A stretch of DNA of 63,927 nucleotides, filler included, from Blastocystis sp. subtype 4 (lineage: Eukaryota), in assembly GCF_000743755.1 (NCBI RefSeq). It is 3 parts of 3 records of this genome, joined end to end, with 100 filler letters (N's around TTAATTAATTAA, not from the genome) between each part and the next. Parts side by side here need not be neighbours in the genome. Positions count along the whole stretch, not along the records: positions 51,635 to 63,927 come from NW_014569251.1; 2 more parts are not named here. The stretch is one strand, 5' to 3'. The notes below the pieces were generated by a model, which worked only from the letters and a program-made list of their open reading frames with translations, made no database searches and was not told the origin of the DNA. Below, piece by piece: positions 52,431 through 63,927 of the stretch. A program made the translations under genes and the position numbers. Position 1 is the stretch's first letter. Every line of letters starts with the position of its first letter.

Positions 52431-53547
52431 ATAACTTCTCCAGAATGATACTTTCCAGTTTCTTTGTATCCATAGCAAAGCGACGAATACCATCTGAAAG
52501 GAGTTCTGTAGCCATTGGATCCTCTATTCATTATACAACACTCTCATATCTACCATTCAATAACCAACGGAAACTACTCTCATCCAACTCAAAATAGTCT
52601 TCCTCACAAGGACAAGTCTCATTGTTCATTACAGGATAAGGAAGCTACAATTCATTCCATCTCTCTTGACTCACTTCTTCCTTGGCATCCTTCAATTGAT
52701 GTAACAAAGTAGGAGCAATTGTCAACTTGTCACAACCAGCCAAACCCAACACTTCTTCAACAGAACGGAAAGAAGCACCCATAACAATTGTTTGAATTCC
52801 ATTCTTCTTGTAGTATCCATAGATCCTACGAACACTCTTCACACCAGGATCTTCTAAGGCTGGATATGCTTCTGTGCGACCTTCCTTCTTCATATACCAG
52901 TCTCGAATACGACCCACAAAAGGAGAAATCAGAGTTGCTTTCACTTGAGCTGCAACTACTGCTTGACAGAACGAGAACATCAAAGTCAAATTACAATGAA
53001 TTCCTTCACTTTCCAGAATACGAGCAGCTTCCAAACCCTCCCAAGTACTTGCCAACTTTATCAAAATACGTTCCTTTGAAATACCTTCTTCTTCATACAT
53101 CTTGATTAATGTACGAGCTCTATCCTTCATTTACTACAACCAAACCACACTTAGTAACCATCTTCTCTTTATCAAAACTCAAACGAGCATCAACTTCTGT
53201 TGATACCAAACCAGGAACAACATCCAGAATTGCCTTACCAAACAACACATTCAACTTATCCAACACAACTTCTAATAACTTCTTCTTGTCTTCCTTTTCA
53301 TGTTCCTATTCTATTAATCTTATTCATTCTATCTACTTTACCATACTCAATAGCACGACTAACAAGACAACTATACTCTGGTTGAAGAGAAGCTTTCAGA
53401 CTATTAATCATTCTTCTATCAAATCAAATACATCAAACTCGGATTTGTAGTAGCATCAACAGGTTGGAAAGCACGAATCGATTCAAAGTCTCCCGTATCT
53501 GCTACCACTTTCGTTACTTCAGACAAACGTTCCAGTTGATTTGACAT
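52431..53547 (-). CDS. TALDO1: transaldolase
   Basis: [58 protein letters not shown]; stop completed at T 52431. Confidence 0.96.
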
Positions 53548-53636
53548 TCGATTGAAATCAAATAGAATGAAATATGAATGAAAACCAGAATCCCGTTTTG
53601 ATTCTGTTTCTATTTGTCTCCAACTGACAAATCATA

Positions 53637-55581
53637 ATGGATGATATCTTTGATAACATTTTAAATTCGAAGAATCGAGATAATGAGAAACGAGAAAGAG
53701 AAGATATATTGGAAGATAAGGAAAGAAAGCGAGTAGATATTGAAGAAGAGTAGTTTTGATTGAATTGAATTGATAATGAGTTAGTGAATATGATGATATT
53801 GATCTTGATGAAAGTGGTTTGAGTGAGTTCTCAAAAGAAGAGCTTGAAAGAATGTTAGAAGAAGCTGATAAATTGGATGTTTGAATAGAATCAATAGAAT
53901 GAAAAATAGGTTCCTCGTTTAGATTTGAGTGGAGTGAAAGCAGAGTTATTAGAACTTGAGAAGGCAATCAATACAAATCAAAGACTTCGATTGAAGTATT
54001 CTTCAGATCCTTCAAAGTTTGTTATGAGTTTATGAGTCTGAACTAGATTTGAAGAAAGTGAATATAAACTACATGAAGAGATAAAACGATGTAGTGTATT
54101 TGGAACAGAACCAAAGTGTTATCCTTTGTTAGTGAAACTAGACTTTGTGGATACACTTCTATTTCTTCTTTGTCATGATAATATCTTGATTGTAATTGAA
54201 ACAACAAAGTTATTGTAGAGTTATTGTAGAATATTTGAGTATAGAGAAGAGTTGACAGATGACAGTACAATTGTGAAAGATGTTCAAGGAGATGCAATTC
54301 AACTGATTGATGTCATTGTAAGTATTGAATATGTGTTTGAGAGTAGAGGGATAAGGAAGTTCCAAAAGTGTTGATAAGCAATTTGAATCGGTTGAATCGT
54401 GGTTCATTGATAGAAGAAGAGGGTTTAGAAGCAAGTGTGATGAGTCTAACAAATGTGGTTGAAGTTCATCCTGAGTAAGAGACTAATAATATGATGAATG
54501 ATAGAATGATAAGGAGTTATTGGAAGAATGGACTATTTGAAGCACTATTGAGACACTTGGAAGTGGAGTCATATGATGAGGTGTGTTTGGATTGTAGTGA
54601 GTTATTATTCCGTTTGGCAGGAGATAGTGAAGGAGTTGATTCATTGAGTGAGAATCCAGTGAGTTTGATTGAGAGTTGTTATGTTTAGGAGATCTTGGAT
54701 CGTTTTCTTGTCTTATTGTCTCGATGGAGAAGTCGAGATCCTGAAACAGCAACAGAACGAGAATTGATTGAGAATCTATTCAATGTGTTGTGTATGTTAT
54801 TGGTACGTGATGATATATGGATTGAAAGTAGCAATCTCCGAAAGTACGTCCAATCGTTCATGAGAAGGAAGTACTGGATCTGTTGTTGATTCCAATTCGT
54901 AAACACAAATATGCTCGTATGGCTGCATTCAAAGCTATTGACTATTTGGTAAGCAATGGAGAAGATCGAGAGAGTGAAGAAGTGATTGACAAAGGAGGAT
55001 TGAAGTATCTGTTTCGTAGTCTTCTGGGTAAAGTGAGTAATGAGGATGAAGATTGAGAGATAGAACAATGGAAGTGGTTGGAAGACTCAAACAGATTCTG
55101 ATAAGTTGGAGTTTGAGAATCACATTCTGAGTATTCTGAATCGACTTCTTCAATTACCATGGGTGAATGTGAAGGAAGAGTATGAGAGTTAGGGTTCAAT
55201 TCCAGTGAAACGAGTCCTGAAGAAGTTCCATGAAAATGATTATGAATACTGTGATGTGATTGTTGAGATTGTGATGAGTCTGAGAAGTCAAGTAGTTATG
55301 TTTGAAGTGAGTTAATTGTAGAAGAAACACTTTGATGAATTGGAAGCGAAAGGAGAGTTTATTCCTAACAAAGAAGAAGAAGAGGAAGGAATAAGTGAAG
55401 AAGAGAAACGTTTAGAGAAGAAACTAGATTTGGGTGTTCATGTATATGAAGTGAGATTGTATTGATGAATATGAAAGATAGAGTGCAATTGAATTGCTGA
55501 AGAAACTTATGAAGGATAGTTGTTGTAAGTGGCATCTTGAGAGAAAGTTGTATGAACAAGGATGTGATTTGAAGTTATCAT
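53637..55581 (+). CDS. CTNNBL1: beta-catenin-like protein 1 (Prp19 complex)
   Basis: LEKAINTNQRLRLKYSSDPSKFEESE..LHEEIK, LLCHDN, EELTD, RDP...ERELIENLFNVLC, GGLKYLF; stop completed at T 55581. Confidence 0.9.
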
Positions 55582-55698
55582 GGATTGTTTGTTTGATAGA
55601 AATCATTATAATGTGAACTGGATAGTCTATGAGTTTCAACTTGAATACTGAATAATTCAGTTAAGATCGAGTTGAATGCTTCCCGCCATTATATTATT

Positions 55699-56088
55699 AT
55701 GATTGAACATCCCAAATTCAATTATACAGCAAGAGATATTTCAGTAGAAACTCGTACTGCCTTTGTACTTCAAACAAATATTACTGAATTGGCTTCGATC
55801 CCTGGAATTAAGGATAAGACAGTTAAAATACTAAATAACTGCCCTGATAAGATCACTACAACTCATCAACTTATTGGAAAGTTCTTGATGTTGAAGAAGC
55901 TAGGAATGACAGAACAACAACATTGTGATGCTATGTGGGATTGGCTTAAGACCATTGGTATAGACTGGCATCGTTCTGGGATTATCAAATGTCTTGCTGC
56001 TAAGATTAATACCTTTATCCCTGATACCTTTCCTAGAGAAAACCAAATCCATAGAAATAATGATGCTGCAGAGGAAGCTGAAGAATAA
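55699..56088 (+). CDS. barrier-to-autointegration factor (BAF)-like protein, intronless
   Basis: LASIPGIK (HhH), LIGKFLMLKK, MWDWLKT, CLAAKINTF align with BAF SLAGIG, LGQFLVLKK, FREWLKD, CLREWCDAF. Confidence 0.7.
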   Translation: MIEHPKFNYTARDISVETRTAFVLQTNITELASIPGIKDKTVKILNNCPDKITTTHQLIGKFLMLKKLGMTEQQHCDAMWDWLKTIGIDWHRSGIIKCLAAKINTFIPDTFPRENQIHRNNDAAEEAEE

Positions 56089-56469
56089 GGTACTTTAACT
56101 GTGTAATACTCTTTTGATATTTCAGCTGTTTGTTACTATACAACTCAGAAACATACATTATATGTAGTAGAATCCAATATCACCATTATTCAAATCAAAC
56201 CAGTAGAGGACTAAGAACAACTTATATATCACTTATCTATTGATGGAATCACAGATAAGAAAACAAATACAACTCTGATATCATTAATACAGTCTTACTA
56301 CTAATCAACAATTAGTCTAGAATCTTACCATAACAAATTATATCTCAACAGATACCGTATGGATTAATAGCAATATTAGTGTAGACTCAAGTTTATAGGT
56401 TGTTACTTCATATCGCCTAATCCCCGTGAACCTATAGATGTCTCTTAACAAACAAGCTCATATACAGGC

Positions 56470-59113
56470 TTACTTCTTGGATTTCATCTTCATTTTCCAT
56501 TCCTTCTTCAATGCTTTCACATCTTCTGGAATCAATGATGTGTCTCCATTCTTGAGATCAACCTTCATTCGTTTCATTGGCTCGCCAAACAAATTCGGAT
56601 CCAATGTAGGGAATACCTCAGGATCTCGAACAAATACTGTGCCTTCCCATCTATATCTCAATTCTCCCTCTCAAATCTACCCCTCAGGAAGACCACGAAG
56701 GTCACAAGGAGTTACATTGACTTCATGTTTCATCCAATGTTCAGGTGACAATGCAGAGATGATGTAGGGTTCAAAGACATCACCTAACTCATGTTTCAAC
56801 TTCATGGCTTCAGTGAACACACGAACTTCATAATCATCATCATATTCATAAGCATCATGAATGAAATGACTGAACAGTTGTGTACGACAGACACTCTTCA
56901 AGAATGGTTTGGAGTCTTCATCCACATGTTTGAGGAAGGATTTGATGTTGAATACTTCATCAGGATCAATTCCTTCTTCCATACCTAGAATGAATTCAAC
57001 CATTAGCTCCTACGAATGTACTCTTCATACCCATCAAGCAATTCACACATCTCTAACAGGAAGAAGGCTCGCATATGTTCCACAAATACAGCTTGTTTTT
57101 CCTCAGTCTCATCTTCTTGGGAGTCTGTTGATGGCTCCTCCTGCAACTCACTCTCAGCACTGCTCACGCGATAACTTCGTTCACGATAGTACCTTCGAAC
57201 TACACGACCTTCCGTGTCTTGAGGTGACAGATTCCGAGGTGATAAACTACGACGCAGTGAGGCTACAGGTGACAGAATGGAGTCATCAAGTGACAGCTCC
57301 AAGGGTGAAGAAGGAAGAATCTCCTCCTTCTCCACAACAGGTGAGTCTGAAGAAGAATCACTTCCAGGAACTTCTGCTAGAGGCGACAGATCATTAGACA
57401 TGCGAATGGATGAATAGAGATTGGTAGCAGGTGTTGATGGAGCTGTACCAATCTGGAGACGCAGTGTCAGAGGCCGTACTGCATCACCTAGTATCTGAAC
57501 AACCTGTTTAAGACCCATTCCTGTGACTGACTTTCCATTTACTGCAAGAATCACAGGCTCACGACGCAATAGAGGTACTCGCTTACCAGGGCCCACAATA
57601 CTAATGTCTTCATCAGGCACATTCTCCAAATACACCACCTCAATCTTCTCTTCATTCTCAGATAAGCATTGTTTGCGACTCTTCATCTTGATACCTAATC
57701 TGCCTGGTCCAAACATGACTTCAAATACAAGATACTTCGCTTTGAGTGGATTCATTTCATCACAATACAATATACGAGCTATTTATGGAATTCCAAAATA
57801 GAACCTACTAGCTGGAGGAGGAATATGCGATTGGAAATACTTCTCCATCTTCTTACAGAACTGTTTGGGGAATAATTCTGTCTTGACTGATTTAGGAATC
57901 ATCACTTTATCATAGTCCAACTGGACCACAATCACATCCTCGATAGCCGCCTGACACTCGTCTGTTTCATATACACGAGTCTGAACACCCATCAAATAAG
58001 GAGTAGGAGCTTCTAGATACTCGATAAGGGCTGTCGGAAGTAGAGGAACCAATGGATGCATCCATTTGAAGGGATAAAGCAATGATACAAAAGCAGCAGC
58101 ACAGAGAGTCAGTGTATCCATTTGAGAGGACACCAGAAGTACACGACGTTCCTGGAGGAGAGCGGCTATAACCTTGAGTATATTCTTGGCAGATAGACTA
58201 TTAAGAACTGACTCGAAGCAAAGACGATCTGTGAATGGAAGACAATGCTGAGGAGGGATCATGATTTCAATCAGTTTCTGGAAGACCACAAGCTATAATT
58301 AAGATGTTCTAATGAAAGATACATTCACCTGCAAGGAAGGATCCAGAGAGGGACAGAAGTCGATAAAGTAACGAATCTGACGTTCCACTAAAAGGAAGAG
58401 AAAAAGAGATGAGGTACCTGGACATGGAGAAATCATTGAATCATCCACTATATTACATGTAGAACCCTTGCGAAGCTTAGAATTGAAAGAAGAACTTCGA
58501 ATACGAGCGACACCATCTTCTGCAAGCTCATCTTCAGTCACTGTAATTGTATTTCGGTACAGCTCACTTTGTGTAATGAAAGAGAACCATTATTACCGCA
58601 AAAACACAGCAAAGGCAGAAAACATGGGCTGATGAGATAGAAGACAGAGTGCTTTTGGCACGAAGAGTTGCTTTCCTTCACTGTTCATACGTTTCTCCCC
58701 GTTAATTTCTAAACATCAAATTTGTTAAAGACACGAACTAAGAGGCTCGAAGTAATAGAGAGTTGTTCCATAGCTCCGTGATCCATCCCTACTATTGACC
58801 GATTAGGAAATCCTTACTCAACAGTGAAACAGAAGGTAAAGAAGAAGGGTTTACGTGCTTCTTTCTTCTTGTACTCGATTCTAGCTCCTTCTGGGAAGCA
58901 AAACTATGCATAACCCTCCATTCTCAACTTGAACAAAGGGTGCGTTTTCTGGGAAACGATGCTTCTTATGATCCTTCTCTGGGTATCTGAAAAGAATTGT
59001 TGGTTCCACTCCATCCTTTTCGATGTTTTCCTCTTCTCGATCACGGAGGATAAGATATTCTTACCATCTATTGGTACAGAGACGACAATGAAGTAATCTG
59101 CTAAGATAGGCAT
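56470..59113 (-). CDS. DENN-domain Rab GEF with inserted PDZ-like domain
   Basis: LADYFIVV, FCFPEG, LLQERRVLLVS, LLYPFKW.HP.VPLLP, EAPTPYLMG, PGRLGI...LAVNGKSV, TQLFSHFI. Confidence 0.88.
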
Positions 59114-59259
59114 CGTTTCTTATTGTAAACAATAGATAATCCAGGATAATTGACGATTCATGACAATCCCATGATACGAAATCCACGGTTATTATGGATT
59201 CTTGCCCTCACGTTGCTTTTTGGTAGAAATCATCGTAATTCATTTGAAGTGGACTGGAA

Positions 59260-59485
59260 ATGGTAGGAAATAGGAAAGAAGAGAAATAGTATTTAGAAGG
59301 TTATCAATTTCTTTATCACTACTGGAGTTCTGTGTGCTGGCTTCTATGGCATGAATTCGGTTCTGAAACAGTATGGAAAGAGACGTGCTATTAACATGGT
59401 ACTATTGGAATGAATAGGGGTAACATTGCAGCTTAATGAGATGAAGCGCACTGGAGAGATGCCCGATAAGACGGACTTGCTGTAA
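59260..59485 (+). CDS. small (52 aa) single-TM protein, unknown
   Basis: ATG|34-nt intron|KVINFFITTGVLCAGFYGMNSVLKQYGKRRAINM|33-nt intron|LNEMKRTGEMPDKTDLL*; TGTTTGTT at 59528-59535. Confidence 0.6.
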
Positions 59486-59640
59486 ATCATAATGGCACTA
59501 TATTTAAACTTTATTACTGACTAGGAGTGTTTGTTGATAATCTATGGGTGGTATTGGTGTTTCTTTTGTTTTACACGAGATATGTATCATATTGTTCATG
59601 GGATATAGATGGTGACGAAGAGTCGTTGACGTTACTACAA

Positions 59641-61000
59641 ATGTACAAAGGGTTCAAAAACGATCTAGACTCGAACAACTGTTTCATTAACGCCGTCTTG
59701 CAAGTAATTCTATGGATTGCTGATATCCATAGGCTCTTTTTCATCAACCAGAGTTTCGGTATAGTGTTCGTAATACCAAAATATTGCATTCTCCAAGTAT
59801 TTGTGATATTTGATTGTTCATCTAGTACTCTCCTCTGAAAGTGATAGTTTTGATTGTAGTTGTATCATATGCTCATTAAAAGTATATATTGGTGATTCTT
59901 TCGCATCCATAGGTAATTGAACAAGAGTTACGAACTCCCGATTCGATGCTCTCTCCTCTCTCGATCCGTCAAGCCCTATTATCACAACACCACATCAATG
60001 TTAACGAAATGGGTGATGCAATTGAGGCTTATGTAATGATTTCATCTGAAATAAATTGTAGGAAGATATTATGGAGTTACTACATTCGGCCTGTGAGGCA
60101 GATGCTCATTCTTTGTGCATCGCCCATAATGTACTTAGTACACACTTGTTCTTATATAGTTATTTGCATGGACTCAGCAAATAACTGCAACCTGTCCAGT
60201 CTGTGATAATCAACTGGATTCGCAGGAATTCCTCTGGCATTTTCCTTTGACAATCTATCAGTTTTCTTCTGAAGATTGGGAAACACCAGGAATTCTGTCT
60301 CTTATCAAAAAGCAACAAGAACGAAACAGACGAGAGAAACGTCTAACATGTGACAAGCATCATCCCAATTCTCGATTTGAAGTACATGATTGGATTTCTA
60401 ATTATCCTCCGATTGCTGTTATTAGCTGCATCTATACAACGCCATCGCAACCTGAATGTGTACTTTTTAATCTCCTCACCTGTATCACGGAAACTTCATC
60501 TGATGAAATTACTCTCCAGTCAATTGTGTGTTATCGTGGATATCACTACACATGCATCTCCCATGAAAACTCCAAAGGAGATCAGTCCGCATGGGTTGAA
60601 TATAGTGATGGCAATAAACAATTCTTCTTTAGTACTGGAGCCATGATCCAGTATTGCATCGAAACCAATTCGTTACCTGTTTTGCTGGTATTTTCCAAAG
60701 TACTGAAACTAATAGGTCATAATCGTAGGAACGACAAGACTCCATCGAGATGAACTATGAAGATTGGATTGTAGATGAACAACTAGGTTCTTCAGTCTCT
60801 GATGAACAAGAAGAACGGTTTTCCTTTAGTTCAGCGATTAACTTCTTTCAAAAGCTCTTCACTTCTGAAGGTGAGGACCGATTCCAAGTTCAATGTCCAA
60901 GCTGTAACAAAGTTATCGTAGTATACAATTATCCTTGATGATTCAGATTGTTGCTCCTGATGTCTTGACATGTCCAAACTGTAACAATCCATTACCGTAA
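59641..61000 (+). CDS. ubiquitin-specific protease, USP53/54-like; start uncertain
   Basis: GFKNDLDSNNCFINAVLQ Cys box, MGDAIEAY, CIAH, IVCYRGYHY His box, C-terminal CPSC...CPNC. Confidence 0.75.
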
Positions 61001-61112
61001 TCTTGTGTATCTTATCTATTCCTTTGTTTCCAGAAAATGACTCTAATTCTCCATTTCCCATATTCTATCCAAATCTCCTTATTCATTGTCAAGCTCCATT
61101 TTAGTTTGAAAC

Positions 61113-62025
61113 ATGCAGAAAAACCCTGTTGATGATGTACTAAACAAGATTATCGCGGAGCTGTTAAAGAAGAATGACTTTGAGGGAGTATCAAGGATTG
61201 CATTGAATTCACTAACCGATTTAGTTAAAGAATGTAGAGTGTTGTTAAATCGATTGAATTGTAGTTATTCAGTCGATTGGCCGAGATGCGTGTGAAGAAG
61301 CTCAGATGATTATGAGACCAAATGTAACACTTAAAGAGATTATATCTGCTGTTGTAGGATGTTATTCTGTTGTTGCTGACTGTTTAGGAGTCTGTAAGTC
61401 CTCTTTCGCAGCTCTGTCAGTACAGTAAAGAACATTTAATTTCTGATATTGAAACTTATAGTTCGTTTGCTTTACACGTATTAGCTCATAGCATTTCCAA
61501 ATACATCGTTTCAGCGGATTACCCCCATTCAGGCTTCATCAACGTATACTTTATCTGTTTCAGTTGACTGTAGAGGGGATTCACTCCCATTCTTTTTCCC
61601 TCCGCGTCCTGACCCCCATATATCTACAGAGACGCATGTATATTTGAAATGATCATGCTAATAATGAGATTTTGGCAGTTTTAAGAGAAAGTGACAAATC
61701 CGAAACTAGGAAACGGCTATTGGAAGAAAGACAACGGGTACCGATTCATTATGATTTTTACTGTAAGGTGAAGAAGTCAATTTGTCAAGTCAACGAAAGC
61801 GAGCCCATTCTTTGGGAGATGCAGGAGCAAATGGAACGGAAGAAACAACGGGTTGAAGTCTTCTTTTGGATGAGAGGTGATGCATAGGAAGAGATTGCAC
61901 AACCTATTCCTCTATCTGTACAGCGATCCAAGAATCCAAGTATGTTGCCTGCGATTCCTCGATACAAACCTGTTGCAGTAGAGAGCTTAAAGGGAATTGT
62001 CAGTACGGAACCAGAATTGAAATGA
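61113..62025 (+). CDS. TAF8: TFIID subunit 8-like (BTP histone fold + TAF8-C)
   Basis: IAELL...FEGVSRIALNSLTDL...IQSIG...R; PFFFPPRPDPHIY. Confidence 0.7.
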
Positions 62026-62062
62026 TTTGTTTGTTATTATCACTATTTTGAACAAATAACCT

Positions 62063-63462
62063 TCAAATCGAACGACCTCTTCGTTTCTTTCGATAGGCAT
62101 TCCACGCACCATAACGGATAGTCTCTCTAGGCATATCATAATTACGTGCTAGTGCAAGAACGCCATACGTACTCTTCACTGTCACTAAAGCATAATTTGC
62201 AGACGACAACAGATAATTGTCCACCAGAGTACACAACATACTACTTGTCCGTTCTGAACTATGCATAACTGTAGAAGAATGAGCAATTAAACAACGTGTA
62301 TTGAAAACTCGATTGGAATTCCGAATCCGCAATAATTCCTTCTCTTGTGCATTATCGCATGCAATGAACCATCGAACAGGTTTTGACTGTTTGGACTCCA
62401 ACTCGGTTGTCAACTCATTCGCTCTCATCTCAAAGAATTTCACATCATCACGTTGAATAAAGAATCCAGGAACATCTTTGGGCATACGAGCTGTTCGAAT
62501 CTGAAGACCCAGAACATAATACTTATCCCACTCAGTCTCATTCTTGATGCGATTCACTTCATCCAAGACAAATTGCTTTACCGCAATAACCTGATTGTAT
62601 AGGAAATACCGAAGCACTTTCTTCACTTCCTCAGGAGTATATGATTCCTTAATCACAAATCCATGTCCTCGCAAAAAACTAGAAAACTGTTCATTGAACA
62701 CAACGTAATCAAGGATACGACATGTAGAACGGAAAATAATATATTCTTTACTTGAAGAAAGGATCACTGAAGGAAGAACGGTACATGAACCCTCAATAAG
62801 AATACTCTCTTTTGTTAAGAAACCTATTTCTAAGCAAATGTACATATTCGTACTGTTGTTGGGATACTGGTGATATTTAAAGGGAAGATCGAAATATTGG
62901 TCAAAGATTTGATAATCATACACTATTTATCACAACAACCACAATTACCTACAATAGAAGTGACGACCAGTTAGTATCGATACTAAAACTGCTTCAGCAA
63001 TGGCCTGGATTGAGTTACCTAATCCAGCTTTGATAGGGTAATAGATCACATATCCATTGGGAGATGGGTCATCATCAATAGGTGATTGCTGTCGTGTCTT
63101 TAACTGCTCTAGAAACTCATTCCGAAGGGCTTCCATCTGTAATAGATGTCTCTCATAAGCATTTAGCTTATTTCTATGACTATTGGTGATTATATTAGTA
63201 TTGGATGTGTCTACATTCAACATCCAACACAAGCACTACTATTCGCATAATACAAGGAAGAACCAGTTTCTTGCTTCCATTTCTTCTGCATTCTCTTCTT
63301 AACAACACTCGTTTGATTCCAGAGCATTACTCCTCTTTCTCTTTCCACGTTATCACGTAATGCACTCATTGCATAATTCCTAAATTCTCCCATTTCATAA
63401 GCAAATAAAAAGAAGGAGAGAAAAACAGCAATTGTTACAATCCGATAACCATTTACCTCCAT
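62063..63462 (-). CDS. GT-B fucosyltransferase-like type II membrane protein
   Basis: N-terminal TM, AGLGNSIQAIA..VLVSILTGRHF, LGLQIRT, FIACD, VDNYLLS, STYG. Confidence 0.75.
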
Positions 63463-63762
63463 TTAGAACTCTACTCTATATATTCTTACAAATGGAAGGA
63501 ATCGCCTTCGACCAAGAAATGATTATACTGTTTCGAATGTTCAATTTCGAGAGCCTATGGTTTTATCATTAGTATGAAATTTGGAATACGCATACTATTT
63601 CTATCTGTTGAGAAATCGCATAACAATGATCAAGAATGAAACGCCAAAATATATCCCCTGGATAATGAAGGAAGTTGCTAATATTTCATCGGACAGAGAT
63701 GGGGCAAACCAATTTCTCTTCTCATCACTCCTCTCACTATTTGAAGGTTTACGACTTGAATA

Positions 63763-63924
63763 ATGGTAATATTGCTTGATAATTGTTGATGAGTCCATTT
63801 GGAGAGTTTTTGTGAGGTAATCTGTGTGTAGGGTATTGACTTGATTGCTGGAGGTCGCAAATGCGGACACAAGAGTCGTGAGGCTCCTAAGAGTGACAAC
63901 ATTTACATTGCTCTTTTGGTGAAG
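63763..63924 (+). CDS. RPL18: 60S ribosomal protein L18 (eL18), 5' part
   Basis: ATG|66-nt intron|GIDLIAGGRKCGHKSREAPKSDNIYIALLVK. Confidence 0.88.
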
Positions 63925-63927
63925 GTA

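Noticed and set aside
53637..55581. Many in-frame stops suggesting a pseudogene or altered genetic code
   Set aside because: The stops I traced all fall inside ~30-nt GT-AG introns; the spliced frame is intact under the standard code

Overview
Very compact, intron-rich protist nuclear DNA. The combination of ~29-35 nt GT-AG introns, tiny intergenic spacers and a TGTTTGTT-type motif four bases after gene 3' ends strongly indicates Blastocystis (inferred, not database-checked). By splicing exons by hand I support about 45 protein genes or fragments, one tRNA-Ile(AAT) and two artificial scaffold gaps. Highlights: (1) two ~40-nt U12-type introns with non-canonical ends (AT-AG and AT-AT) and branch points very close to the 3' end, near the minor-spliceosome factor TXNL4B; (2) seven genes whose stop codon appears to be completed by polyadenylation, one of which thereby exposes an ER-retention-like C-terminus, plus overlapping bidirectional 3' signals; (3) a PfkB kinase-SIS/KdsD-like isomerase fusion lacking the catalytic Lys; (4) a type II membrane GH13 protein lacking catalytic residues; (5) a secreted Gly-X-Thr collagen with Cys-rich repeats; (6) BAF-like and JTB-like proteins; (7) a 1563-aa intronless unknown ORF; (8) a mitochondrion-targeted enolase. 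CDS coordinates span introns. All family calls come from remembered motifs, not searches.
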